From the NCBI GenBank assembly GCA_008632985.1, contig QPGO01000178.1, positions 62,001 to 126,000 on the forward strand: DNA of 64,000 nt, given 5' to 3'. This stretch comes from Psammoneis japonica. Lineage: Eukaryota. This document shows, piece after piece, positions 45,705 through 57,677 of this stretch (the stretch's first letter is position 1; each line of letters starts with the position of its first letter). The translations under genes were made by a program, and so were the position numbers. Under the pieces are notes generated by a model. The model made no database searches and was not told the DNA's origin. It was given only the letters and a program-made list of their open reading frames with translations.

Positions 45705-46158
45705 CCAGAGACTGAATGGCTTCTAGCTTACCGCACTGTGATGGGATCTGTGCCGGTTCCGAACAAGAACATCATTGACGAGCTCATCATGCTCTCGCAT
45801 TAGAAAAACCGAGAAAGCTGTACAAATGATGAGGGATAAAGCAATTTATAGTAATGTACAACACTGTAGTCTAGGCAGGACGCCGCCAGCCTTGTACGTG
45901 CAGTCCGAATGCACTGTAGTTACTTCGCATCATCAAGATGTGTCAACGAACAGGATCAAACCGTTGGAAACGCAATACCTTTGGCCCGACGTCGAGAATG
46001 TTGAGTTGCAATAAAGCATTGCTTACACACTTCGCCTACTGCGTTCCGCCACTAGCTTGATTCTTCCAAAGCTAGACAAGTAGAAGTGTGGTTATATATC
46101 AAACACATTTTCAATATACATTGTTATGTACGTGTATGCTCCTGAAAGGTTCGAGAAG

Positions 46159-47358
46159 CTACCTGCGGGAACGCTTCTTACGACGCCAGCTGAAATTCCC
46201 AAAGCGATCGAGCATGACGGAGGCAAGTGCAGAAAGTTCATCCTCGGATACCGAAATTGGGTCTTTCATGAGAGGTTTTACAAGGTCATCTGCCATTGGC
46301 TTCGCCATGGATTGCAGTTGTATGACCACTTGGTCCTCTTGACTCGATTCCTGGCATTCATAATCCAGCAGTGCATATCTCCAAGGACCATCCTCGCCTA
46401 TCAGATCTTTTAGGCGAGAGATTAAGGATTGAAAAGCCTTCTTCTGCTTCTCGCGTCTGTCTCCATGAATACGGTTGGCCGCTTCATAAAGGCGCATAAT
46501 ATCTGTGACATGTTCCGCATAAACGTCTTTAGCTTCGAGTTCATCCATCATCTCGTCGACCGGCTTTCCTAAACGCATGGCTTCTTCAATGTCTTGAAGA
46601 GATACAATGGGACCATAACGATCGCCATTCGCGTTCATCAATGGTTTCCTCCACACCTCTTCTTTCGAAGGCAAGTGTCTCAATGCTGCGAAGCCTTCAT
46701 CGGAGTAGCCACCGTATGGCAAAACATACGGAAAGAAAGCATACACAAAACGGTTCGCCCTGTCCGCGGCAAGCAGCTCATCGTATGTCCGCTGAATGTC
46801 GGTTTCACCAGGTCTAAGATAGGTGAGGATTGTGTGCTGCGCGTGATCAATGTTAATGGCTTGAATGAAACCGGAATCGGAATCACTCGGTTTCAAACAG
46901 TTGTCACAAGCATAAACACCAAAGCGCGACGACATGAACATGTATTTTTCGGAGGCGTTGCATTTCTCACATCGCTTTCCAACAACAAGTTGGAGCATGC
47001 GAAGTGGGGATGGAACAAAGTGCTGCCTCGTGGGCATCAATTCTTCAATTAGGGATTCAATATTGGAATTTCGTGCTTCGTTCCAAGGCGCCGAGAGAAG
47101 AGACGCATAGATGACGTGCTGGTACGTCAATCGTTCCGCGATGTACTTGCTAGCACTGACAGTGTTGAAAAGACTCCTGGTATCAAGAAACGGCAAGATG
47201 ATGTCAACCACGTCTTGGACCAGAAAGACATTCGCGCTGTCGCCATCGGAATTGGTACTTTTGTTTAGACGATTGCTGTCAGCATCAACGTTGTCTCGGT
47301 CCTCCTTCAGAAGACCCTTTCGTGCTGCATCATTCTCTGTCGTTTCTGAGTCTGACAT
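46159..47358 (-). CDS. F-box-like protein with CxxC...CxxC zinc motif
   Basis: VFLVQDVVDIILPFLDTRSLFNTVSASKYI; PSPLRMLQLVVGKRCEKC...FGVYACDNC. Confidence 0.65.
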   Translation of the reverse strand: MSDSETTENDAARKGLLKEDRDNVDADSNRLNKSTNSDGDSANVFLVQDVVDIILPFLDTRSLFNTVSASKYIAERLTYQHVIYASLLSAPWNEARNSNIESLIEELMPTRQHFVPSPLRMLQLVVGKRCEKCNASEKYMFMSSRFGVYACDNCLKPSDSDSGFIQAINIDHAQHTILTYLRPGETDIQRTYDELLAADRANRFVYAFFPYVLPYGGYSDEGFAALRHLPSKEEVWRKPLMNANGDRYGPIVSLQDIEEAMRLGKPVDEMMDELEAKDVYAEHVTDIMRLYEAANRIHGDRREKQKKAFQSLISRLKDLIGEDGPWRYALLDYECQESSQEDQVVIQLQSMAKPMADDLVKPLMKDPISVSEDELSALASVMLDRFGNFSWRRKKRSRR

Positions 47359-47623
47359 TCCTTTCAGAGCGAGAGCTATGTTAGGGATAACCTGGAGGAT
47401 AAGAGGAAGAAGTAGAAGAGAACAGTACTTATGTGGGGACACGCCGCCATCGTCGCCTCGAAATTACAGCATTCGCTGCTGCAACTTACGACTACTTCGA
47501 CCCAAGCGTGACGAAAGACGATGACGACTGACTCACTCTTCGGGGGGGGGCACTGACCACTATTCATACAAGTGCCGGTACCGGTACGAAGACGGGGCTG
47601 GTCATGTACTCCCCCCGAAAGGC

Positions 47624-49892
47624 TACAGTGCTATTNNNNNNNNNNNNNNNNNNNNNNNNNNNNNNNNNNNNNNNNNNNNNNNNNNNNNNNNNNNNNNNNN
47701 NNNNNNNNNNNNNNNNNNNNNNNNNNNNNNNNNNNNNNNNNNNNNNNNNNNNNNNNNNNNNNNNNNNNNNNNNNNNNNNNNNNNNNNNNNNNNNNNNNNN
47801 NNNNNNNNNNNNNNNNNNNNNNNNNNNNNNNNNNNNNNNNNNNNNNNNNNNNGTACGCGCAAGTGGCATTAGCTTCGACTTGTACGACTAAAATCTCAAT
47901 AAATATTCTGGAGCTCGATCGACCTCGAAAATTTTTAAAATTCCTTGCTTACATGCATGAAAGGCTGTTTCACGGAATCCCATTCAATGACACAGAGCTG
48001 CATGTTTCAAGATGTTATTCCAACATCAAAACTGCTGTGGCATTTGGAGCACCTTCCATGGCCCTTCCCTTTGCTCGTTTGAGTGACCGTTCCTTAGATG
48101 TGCTCCAAATGGCAAGCTTGTTTTGACCACAAAGCAGCAGCTTCAAATTGGTGCTCCAATTTCTGTGCAGAATGTGCGCAATTTTCCAGTGCATGACGTC
48201 AAACAGCGAACACTCGATCGTAAAATAATCCTTCGTAAGCTCAAACTGGATTTGTTGGCCGATGATCGTCTCATCCTTTCCACACTGATGCTTTTGAACG
48301 CTTCTGGTGTTGGTCAATTGCCCACAAGTTGTGGCGCTGTCTTGTGACTTGAGCAGCTCTTTGTAAAATGGGTTCAGCCCAGTTCTCAGCTCTGAAACCG
48401 AGTGCGATCCAATGTCTTTGTTGCTGAGCTGCCATTGATCTCCTTCCCATCTCTAAAAGACAAAGCCAGTGTGATGTCAATGGGGCATTCTTGTGCTTCA
48501 TTTTACACTGTGGAATCATCCACTGCCACAAACGAAAGCTGTCCATGGAAGACATCTGAATCCATGACACAAACAAGCGGAGTTGGATGTTTTGATGTCG
48601 CACCTTTCGATGGAGACCGAGGTGGCATCGAGCATGGCTTGCTTGTCAAAGTCACCAACAGAACAGACAGAAACTCAGAAACTCGCTGCACTCCTTTGGC
48701 AATGTTTGAAAACGGATCGGGGTGTCGATGCAACATCCATTCAATCCAAAGATTTCTCCACATGGCTTGTGCATTCATGGCCTTGGCGAACTGCACCTCG
48801 GACGATTGGAGCACGGCATTTGTCAACAATGAAACCCTGGAAAATCAAGTGAAAGAGCAGCAAAACACTGTTTGGTGTTGGGCGTTTGTGATGAAAATGC
48901 GAGGTTAACACCAACAAGCAACTCGCATTTTCTTTGGATTTTTGCCTTGTGTTGATGTTGTTGATTGTCTAGATTGTGGCCAAAGAGTGCGCAGTTTCAA
49001 AGGAACATGTGAGTTGGGAAGAGGGTTGCGAGTGACGTGCCACAGGTTTGATGACAATTGACATGGTTTCAGCAGCGCAACAGCTGCGAACCGACGAACG
49101 CCGCCATTGCCGAAGATTGGAGAAAATGGTTGATGTGGCATGATTTTTGTGTGCCAGACACATGCGCACAGTTCTGCGCTGGTGCAAAAAAAACATTTCC
49201 AGAAGTGCGAAGCTGCGCCGCTTTGAACCACTGTCTGCTGAAATGCAAAATTTGCGAATCGCAAATTAATTTATAAAAACAAACAGCTCGAATTTTTTCA
49301 CGATGAAAGCACGTGCGAGGTCTCTGAGTGCTTCATTTTTCACTTCAAATGAGCAAGTGATGCTGTTTCGACAACCGAAGGTCTGCAAGTGACATGAAAC
49401 AACAAACCAATCAGATTGTTGTCATTGTGAAGAGCCACATGACGTTTTGTTTGTGAGGAAAGGCGGTGCAATCATCCAAAAAGGTCATTTTTTGTTGAAA
49501 TCTTGCGATGCGTCGGCGTGAGTTGCTGTCACGAGAAGGCAATTTCCTTTAAAAATGAGGATTTCTTGTCATTTCTCGTGCATCACATCTTTTCTTGATC
49601 GAAGCAGAAAGAATGCCTGCACCTTGAGTTGCACCAGAGGATGTTGGCCGCGTCGCAAAGACGATCTTGGAGGGTGACAAGGGTCGTTTCTCGACTCACC
49701 GCGCGATGATTGTGCGGGGATTCGGAATTTGTCGCAAAATTTTGCGATGTCGCAAATTTTTCGATTCGGCAGCTGGGGGGGGGCAGGGAGGAAGAAAAGA
49801 GTGAGTTACCTACACACTGACGCATGACGAACTAAGCCAGCATTGCTCTAACGTTTGTACATACGTGCACTTTGCGTAGCCTCTGTACTGTA
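47624..49892. mobile_element. Degenerate TpA-depleted repeat with TA|CAGT...ACTG|TA ends, spanning the gap
   Basis: TACAGTG at 47624, CTGTACTGTA at 49883-49892; about 15 TpA in 47950-49800. Confidence 0.55.
47636..47852. other. Assembly gap (N run)
   Basis: Run of N. Confidence 1.
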
Positions 49893-50022
49893 CAGAATTC
49901 AGAATTCACGAGATTTTGGCGCGCGCTTTCGGTTCCTGGATTTCGCGAAGAGCTCAGTGCACAATAAAAAGTAACAGCGTCTTCTGCTGCTTCTTGTTTC
50001 TACTTCTATCAATACATCTACA

Positions 50023-50820
50023 ATGCCCGGTGGTCGTTACTCTGCAGGCGGCGGCGGCGGCAGTGGTGCCGAGGTCACTGCCAATGCCATTCTCAACCGC
50101 GAGAACGCTTATCGCGGCAGCATCAAGGAAGGTCAGACGCTCGCGGGTGTCATGGCTGAAACTGTAGCAACTGACAGTGACCTCGAAGTTTGCATGAAGA
50201 AGGCTGTCGAGGACGATGAAAATGTCGATAAATTCCTTCAAGAATATCGTAATCGTCTCAAGAAGCTTGCAGAACGTCAGATTCGCGCGCAACGTAACAT
50301 CGACGCCTTTATGCACGTGGTTCGTCAGGACGTTCTCCATAAGGACTCTGAGAATTACGAGGAACTGATTGCTTCCAAAATGAAGGAATATCACGACTCA
50401 AAGAAGGATTCTTACATGGATATCGAGCACGAAGAAACTTATCGCGAAATCTGTAGCCGTCTCGGTGAGAAGCAAGCCGCTGCTCGCAACAGCAACGATT
50501 CTGACGATGAGCTTGAAGTGGAGGGTGGTGAACAGTCGCTTGTATGTCCCATTTTGGGAAAACTCTTTGTCGATCCTGTCAGGAACAAGACCTGTGGTCA
50601 CACTTACTCGCGTGCCGGTATCATGCAAGTCATTTCTCACAGTAAGGCGTGCCCCGTTGCGGGATGCGCCAACCGAAAGGTTACCGTGGAGCAGTTGGAA
50701 GCCGATCCAGAGATGGTGTTCAAGGTCAAGAGGGAGCAGCGTCGTCAAAAGTCGCAGCTCATGAACCGTCAAACTCAGGAGATTGATTCAGATGATGATG
50801 ATGACGAGGACGACGAGTAG
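50023..50820 (+). CDS. NSE2: SMC5/6 SUMO E3 ligase NSE2/MMS21
   Basis: DSDDELEV followed by SP-RING CPILGKLFVDPVRNKTCGHTYSRAGI...CPVAGC. Confidence 0.85.
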   Translation: MPGGRYSAGGGGGSGAEVTANAILNRENAYRGSIKEGQTLAGVMAETVATDSDLEVCMKKAVEDDENVDKFLQEYRNRLKKLAERQIRAQRNIDAFMHVVRQDVLHKDSENYEELIASKMKEYHDSKKDSYMDIEHEETYREICSRLGEKQAAARNSNDSDDELEVEGGEQSLVCPILGKLFVDPVRNKTCGHTYSRAGIMQVISHSKACPVAGCANRKVTVEQLEADPEMVFKVKREQRRQKSQLMNRQTQEIDSDDDDDEDDE

Positions 50821-51149
50821 GAACAGCTGTTTGAGGTTGAATAAGGTGTCAAACTGTGATACTTATGACTTACTTCTAGCATTGTTTGGAAATACTATGC
50901 TCTAATATGTATCTTTGACTTCTGATCAGCTGTTATCGTAGCTTCCTGTCTCCCTAGTGTCTCGGATTTTCTCTTTGCTTCTTTTCTTAAGAACTTAGGA
51001 GTCTCCTCTGCTTACCGGTAGTAGTTGAGCGTGTCAGGAGCACTTAACTAGCCGAGCTGCGCTGCCCACAAATGTTGCTAATAGCATAATATGAGCGGTC
51101 CACACAGACAGTATATAAACACCCTCCAATACGCCAGTCAAAGATACGA

Positions 51150-51400
51150 TTTACAATGGGTTAGATCATCAGTCGCCTCTACGCATAAACTCACCCTCCA
51201 AATAAATACACCAAGCTTTGCCTCTATCCACTAGGGACATGCTTTTCAGTTCATTTCGAAAAGAAAAAAGATTGGGTTTCTCTAGAACCAAGGGGCTCCA
51301 GTGTCTACTTATCCTACCGGATGGCACAGTTTGCTGTGCATTCACTATTTCGAGAGTTCAATCACGACAGTCAGAACTCTGTTTTGAGACGCTTGACTTG
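51150..51400 (-). repeat. Diverged tandem duplicate of the MATH-BTB gene 3' end and 3' UTR
   Basis: TCAATCACGACAGTCA.AACTC.GT(T)TTGAGACGCTTGAC and ACATGCTTTTCA.T.CATTTCGAAAA occur at both ~51235-51400 and ~51600-51785. Confidence 0.8.
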
Positions 51401-51744
51401 AGATTCCTATAATGCTAACAAGATGTTGGTCAATCATTGCCTAAAACTGCGTACGGGCTGATGGATCATCGTGAAAATAGAATATCGTTGACATTTGTCA
51501 CAGAAGATTTGATTTGCTATGGTAGGTATGATTAGGATCAACATGAAGTCCCTTTATACACAATCCCCCAAATATAGCAAGCTTTGTCTCGGTCCACTAA
51601 AAACATGCTTTTCATTCCATTTCGAAAACTGATTCGAGATTCTCGAACCAGAAAAGTAGGCCAAATTTCCTTCACCCAAAAGAAAGCGCTGTTTTTACAT
51701 TCACTTTTGAGAGCGACGAAGCCTTTTCACTGCGCTCGGCCCGA

Positions 51745-52947
51745 TCAATCACGACAGTCATAACTCCGTTTGAGACGCTTGACAAGCATTTCACGAGTTC
51801 CATCGACGTCCAGCCCAGCCTCGTCGAGCTTCCTACGCAAGCTAGCCACGCGCATACCCTCTACACTGTCTTCGCGTTCGTTGTAGGCTTTTGGCTTTGC
51901 GATGGCTCTCATGAGCTCCTTGAGTATTTTGGGGGACTCGTCCAACAAGGCAAAACCGTCTGAATCCATTACTTCGTCGCTGTTGGCAACAATAAAGTCA
52001 ACAGCAGTCTCTCGAAGAAGTGCGCAATTCCTGCTGTCTGCGTAAAGCAGCAAGTCAACAACAGTGTCAACGTCAACGTGTAATTCTGCGAGTTCGGCTT
52101 CCACCTGTAGCTTCAAGGTCAAGCACTCAAATTTGTCTGCCGTATCCAAAAGATCCATGGTATCTTCTATGGAATAAATATCATCTGAAATCTCATCAGA
52201 ATAGATAAACTCGAGAAATGCGCGGAAAATGTGAGACTGCACGTTTTCAACTGGGATATCGGTGTTTTCGGGCACGCCCTCGGTGAGTGCGGCAAGGGTT
52301 GGAGCCCTCATCATAAGTACAGATTTGTGAGCTTGGATCTTGACGCCAGCTACTAGAAAGGTCACATCGGCAAGATCTGTGCGTTTGAAGAAATTCAGCA
52401 TGTCCTTTTTGAGCGTACCCATTGGACTCCAAATCTCAGAAGGCTTGTTAATTAGAAACTGGATGTCGACTTTGACGATGAGCGTTCCATCAACTAGAAA
52501 TCCTTTGGCTGGATCCAATACATCAGAAAGCTTCGCAAAATGGTGTTGTCCCCTACCTTTCTGAAAATCTCCAAGCGTAACTCTACGCGTCTCTGGGGAA
52601 GGACCACATCGAAACGTGAACTCCACACCGATGTCAACTGAATCATGATCCACCTCGTCAAGACGGCGCAGAAAAACAGACATGTGTCCTGCCTTGGCCT
52701 TCGTGGTTCCTGCGGGATAGAGAAGCAGTTCCCACATATACCCGTTGTAAGGAAGGGGCGGACAACGGACCCGTCTCTGCTGCAATTGCGCAAAATTATG
52801 AAACTTGAAGCAAAGAGTCCGTTTCGGTGAAAGGTGTGTCGCGCCTATTTCGGCAGTGATTTCAGTTGGCTCGACGGTTTCGTTGACATCATCTTCTTCC
52901 ACGGAGGCCGACTTGCGAAAAAGCAGAGACTTTAGTGCATTCCACAT
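51745..52947 (-). CDS. SPOP-like MATH-BTB protein with C-terminal SAP domain
   Basis: MATH FKFHNF..WELLLYPAG..MSVFL; BTB ADVTFLVAGVKIQAHKSVL..FRAFLEFIYSD; BACK-like LLLYADSRNCALLRE; SAP MRVASLRRKLDEAGLDVDGTREMLVKRLK. Confidence 0.9.
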   Translation of the reverse strand: MWNALKSLLFRKSASVEEDDVNETVEPTEITAEIGATHLSPKRTLCFKFHNFAQLQQRRVRCPPLPYNGYMWELLLYPAGTTKAKAGHMSVFLRRLDEVDHDSVDIGVEFTFRCGPSPETRRVTLGDFQKGRGQHHFAKLSDVLDPAKGFLVDGTLIVKVDIQFLINKPSEIWSPMGTLKKDMLNFFKRTDLADVTFLVAGVKIQAHKSVLMMRAPTLAALTEGVPENTDIPVENVQSHIFRAFLEFIYSDEISDDIYSIEDTMDLLDTADKFECLTLKLQVEAELAELHVDVDTVVDLLLYADSRNCALLRETAVDFIVANSDEVMDSDGFALLDESPKILKELMRAIAKPKAYNEREDSVEGMRVASLRRKLDEAGLDVDGTREMLVKRLKRSYDCRD

Positions 52948-53199
52948 TGGTTCGTTCTGTTGGAGATGTAGCACTGCTTCTGCTCTCCATGATGTGAAAG
53001 GGGTTTGTGGTTTGTTCGAGATCGCTCGGTGCGCCGCGGTGCGGTCGATAGGCCTTTGGATATAGCGGGGCGATTTTAGGAAAAAAGACGGCACCCCCGC
53101 GGCGGGGCCCCGCACTACGCGATACTGCGCGTGAACGATGTACTGCTTGGGCCATGGGTGTACATACTGCGTGCTACGTAGAGTCTACGTGGCACGATC

Positions 53200-55750
53200 A
53201 CAGGAAAATCGCGGGCCCCCCCGCGCCCCGCTATATCCAAAGCCCTAGCGGTCGACGCGAGCGAAGACTCACTCCCACGATCGATCGGCAGGCACGCAGG
53301 GCCGCAGCCGCGCTTCGACAGATTGCGCACTGTCATGGGTCCCAACGCCATGCTTCCACGTGTAATCACAAACCCCCCATTTTTTACCAAAATGCATTCC
53401 CAGCCGACTAACATCACACTAACACAAAGTTCCCGATAACTTTTGGGGTCGCAAGCAGAGGGTTGCATTGGTTGTGGAGCTACAACTAAAAATCGTCCCT
53501 CGCACTTTCACATGTTGCAAGGTGCTCCGCGAAAAGTCAGCTCCATTTCCAAACACCCGACACCATGAACAATGCATGCCCAATCCATTCTCAAAAGACA
53601 TCAGTTTAAAGAGTGCAAGACTGACAATGCTCATGTCTTGTGCATTTTGTGGCTCTAGTGTCTGGTCTGCCAGGATTTTTTCTCAATTGAGGATCGCGCT
53701 GCAGGTTCCATGTGGGTGTCCCACCAGAGACGTTGAACGGTCGTTTAACTCCCAGCAATTCAGACACAAAAACTCTGCAGTTGCAAAATGCAACATGTGT
53801 GGAATCCATGTCTTAGAGTGTGTTGATTTCAGCGATGCAAATGCCTGCCCTCGCAAAATTGTTTTTCAGTGCCTGAAAAATTCGAGCCGGCATCGCCGTT
53901 CGCTCTGTCAAATTCCACACAATTTGCACCATCCTCAATTGAGGTTTTTACCTCAATTGAGGTCCTTGGTGGACTGGACACTGGCGGGAGTCAAAGTTCA
54001 GCTGACTCTTCCAAAAACTTCAAGTTGAGTGGATCACACGGGATTCAAGACAAGTGGCTCACTGTGCGATGAAGGGAAATTGACCCTTTCTCGACACCGA
54101 AATTAGATGATGACATCAACACAAGACCTGTTTCATGGCTGAACTCTGTTCTCTGATGCATGGCTGGCCTCCTGACAACTGCTTTGTTTGACCTCTTTAA
54201 TTCCACAAACAGGCGCAAAGCAACCCACAACAACTCATCACAAGCAGCAACACACTCTCTGTTCTCAGATTTAACATTTGTGCTTTTGAGATCAATCTAG
54301 AGCAGATGAAAGCAAGACAGAAGTCAACTCACTAAATCTTGTCATCATGTGGGACAGTGGCAACAATGTGATTTTGTCAACATTGTTGGCTGCTTCTTTC
54401 AATCACACCACCAAGAATTTTGCAAACAAACTTCATTTTGCATTTTCTCTCCAACCCGACTCTCTCCGAATGGACAATGTGAAAGTGGAAAGATTGCAAT
54501 CACTTCATCACATCCTCGAAATGTCCCTTGGATGCAAGTCGTTGCTCTGCACAGCAAAATCTAGAACCAACGTCCTTTGCTTTCTCTTGAAGACCGCCGC
54601 CACAGCAGCTCCCTCTCCATCTTGCTCTCAGTCAACACGAAACCAACCTCCTGCACCAGCAATGTCTCAAACCACTGCAAATTGATTGTTCATTGACTGA
54701 TCTTCATGTTTCTGCCGGCTTTGACTCAGAGGCTCCGAAAACCCGGCGCGTGGGTGGTGGGTGCAGAGTTGGCACGTGACATGGTGTCATGAACGACTGA
54801 ATCGGCATGTTTGTCAACAGCTCACCACAAAATCAAAATCATGGAGAATGCATTTAGATTCCTGTCAAACAGGTGCCAATTGACAACGTGCCAAACACGT
54901 TCTTGCAGAAACGAAGGTTTAGATGACTTTCGCGATGTTGCAATCATCGCCATCGTCGGTGCGAGATTTGATCAAATTCCCCGCGATGGCACCATGGTGA
55001 TGGTCTGTGCACTCATCAGGAGTGCGCCTGTCACATCAGTTTGAATTTACCCAAGGGTTGGGACCCACAACTGCAGTCACCCCGCACGCACATCGGGGCA
55101 TCAGATGCACAGCTCTCTCCCTTCTTTGGGCACATTGCTTGCAGACGTTTGTCGCTGGGAACCATTTTTTAGCATCAAATTGTTCAGTTTGTGTGGAGAA
55201 CATTGACACTCTTTTCTGCCAGAGCGTTGCGTGAAACACTGCTCTCTTCTGCCAGCGGCGGAGGAGGAAAGCCGCTGCTGCTGCTCTGCCGCGCTCCTCC
55301 TTGTCTTCTTTGTGTTTGTTGCATCTGGGGACAAAATGTGTTTTCCTGTTTTTGTTTGTTGCACCTCTTGCCACATTTTTGTCAGATTTCAGCATTTCCT
55401 GGTGTGCTTTGATTTTGCAAAAGTTTTTTTTTGTTGCCTCTTCTCTTCTTTTCTCTCTGAAGCCGCGCCGGCTCTTCCCAAAAAAGGAGCAGCGCGGTGT
55501 GTGGTGTGGCCACTCGCCACGGCTCCTCTCCACTTTTGCAAAAGTCATTAGCCAAGTGAGCTGGTCACATTGTTTTGTTAAACAAATGTCGGGAGGACAA
55601 AGGAGGAAAAGCATTTCCATCACAATTGTCACGCGCAAAGCCTGTCCTCGTGGACACAAGCAAATGCTGGGGCTGCGGCCCGATCCTTTTCCCGCGCAGA
55701 GGCTCACGCGCAAAGGAACGAGAAAGATTTTTCGCCATTCGCCATAACGA
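53200..55750. mobile_element. Degenerate TpA-depleted repeat, family unassigned
   Basis: About 20 TpA in 2.3 kb, mostly TTAA/TTAG/CTAA/CTAG; Tyr-free Cys/His-rich ORFs. Confidence 0.55.
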
Positions 55751-55806
55751 CAGCCTCCACTTGTTGACACTTTACTTACGCAGCCAGCAGATACACAAAG
55801 ATACCA

Positions 55807-57306
55807 ATGATAGCGACAATCCTACGGCTTATAGTGCTTCTTTTTGTGTACCCGACTTTTGATGTTTACGGTTTTGTTTTTCAAAAGCAGCAAGTGCATA
55901 GTTGCTCAAGACGCAGATCTAATCCCCAAGCGCTTTCATCGAGTGATATCAATACAAATGATTCTGTATCGGCATGCCCCTTCTCAAAGGCTTATCCAAG
56001 ATATCGCATTGACTTGACAATACCCAAGAGAAGACAAGAGCGACTGCAACAGAATACCTTCTTTTCCAATCTACAAACAACGTGGCAAAAGTCAAAGTTT
56101 GAATCTCAGTACAAAGATGAAAATGCCATGTGGATAGAAGAGGCTCGTCCCGTAGATATATTTACCTCGCTATGGAAATGGACGACAGAACTGATGGAAA
56201 AGTCTCAAGGACAGAGAAGCATTGTATTAGGTTATCCAAACGATAAGGATGGCGTCGTGCAACGATGGATTGATATTGTGGAGTGGCAATTCAAAGACGA
56301 GAGCGGGCTAGAAACAGTAAGAAATCCACAAATCAAGGCGACAATTTTATCAAAAGACAGTCAAAAAACACCCACCGTTGTTCGATTAGAGTGTCCAGAA
56401 GGTATGCAACATCACGTATTGGAGGAAGTCAATCAGCAAGTCATGGAAGCAAGGATGAAGTCATGGGTGAAGCGCATTCTTGTCGACTTAAGTATTTGCC
56501 CGTAAGTCCTTGCTACGCATAGTCAACCACCATTTATGTCGTTCTCATTAGGCTTTGTAATCAATTTCGTCTTGTGCCCAACCTCGCAGCTTTACAAAGT
56601 CCGTAACGAAGAGCGGTCAGGGATTGGGAGATCTGGGCATTCCTGTTGGAAGAATTGCATACCATTCGTCGAGCGGATCGCCTCAAACTGTCTATCGATT
56701 AATGGCTGGTAAGTTTTGCTCGAGATGTTCTGTGGCGAAAATCAAGCTGATTACTTATGAACCAGTTGCCTCTGTGGGTCCCTTATTTTAGACACCTGGG
56801 ACGCCATCTCGAAAATGCTCAAGGCCGGACCAAGCGGCAAGGAAGGTATAAGTAGTATCCTATTGGCCGCTCCATACTGTGATGACGACTTTGATACATG
56901 GTCGGGTCCTATCTTTGCAATGTTGGAAGCCAGTGTTGTTGCTTGTCGAGCGGAAAAAGAGATTGGTGTCGTGTGCTTTCATCCCAAATACGCAACGCCC
57001 GACGGTTCTTCCTTTCCAGGCTTTGGCCACATGCATTCTGTGCCGCGGCTGCAAAAGTGGGTAAAGGAGATCTCTGGGCAAGACATGGACCCAGACTTGG
57101 TTGCTGCGGGTGGAGCATGGCAGAGACGAACACCTCATGCGACCATTAATGTGTTGCGGGCGGACCAGCTTGAAGCTGCCGAGGGTCGCCGCAGCAGTGG
57201 CAAAATGTACACCGAAAACATTTGCAAATTGGTAGGCGAGCCGGATGGGATTGGATCAAGCCAACTCGCAGACTACCTACAGCGGGAAAGGCAAATAGGA
57301 GAATAA
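55807..57306 (+). CDS. Plastid-targeted protein with DUF1415-like domain; introns 56502-56589 and 56709-56791
   Basis: Signal + VYG-FVF; WVKRILVDLSICP|FTKS, GVVCFHPKY, RRTPHATINVLR. Confidence 0.75.
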
Positions 57307-57677
57307 GTGAACAAATTTCTACAATTTGCCTGTTCTATTCCGAGGATGCAATACGCCCAAACCCAGCCCAACCCACCACCCCCATCGAACGCGTGGCACG
57401 GCGATATGCTGAAGCGCATCTTTCTCTAGAAATTTTTCAGGTTTTCAGGTATCGCTGCATGCGTTGCTGCATTTTTTGTTGAAGCACTATCGCTATGGCG
57501 GCGTCTCCCACTGCGCTTCTGCATCTGTTGCATCTTTCTCTTTACCGCTGAGTTCCATTTCAGCACAACTCTCTGGGATAGCCAAGCAAAAGCGATACCT
57601 CCCATCTAGAAGTCCATATTGCTCGACGGACCCCAGCTTCCTTCTACTAGAGTTCGACAACGAAACACAGAAGCATC

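Noticed and set aside
39408..52947. Functional cluster of chromatin/silencing genes (DOT1-like, Dicer helicase, F-box, NSE2, MATH-BTB-SAP) as the editing machinery
   Set aside because: No deaminase or DNA-modifying gene seen, eukaryotic neighbours are usually unrelated, and the DOT1-like protein looks plastid-targeted
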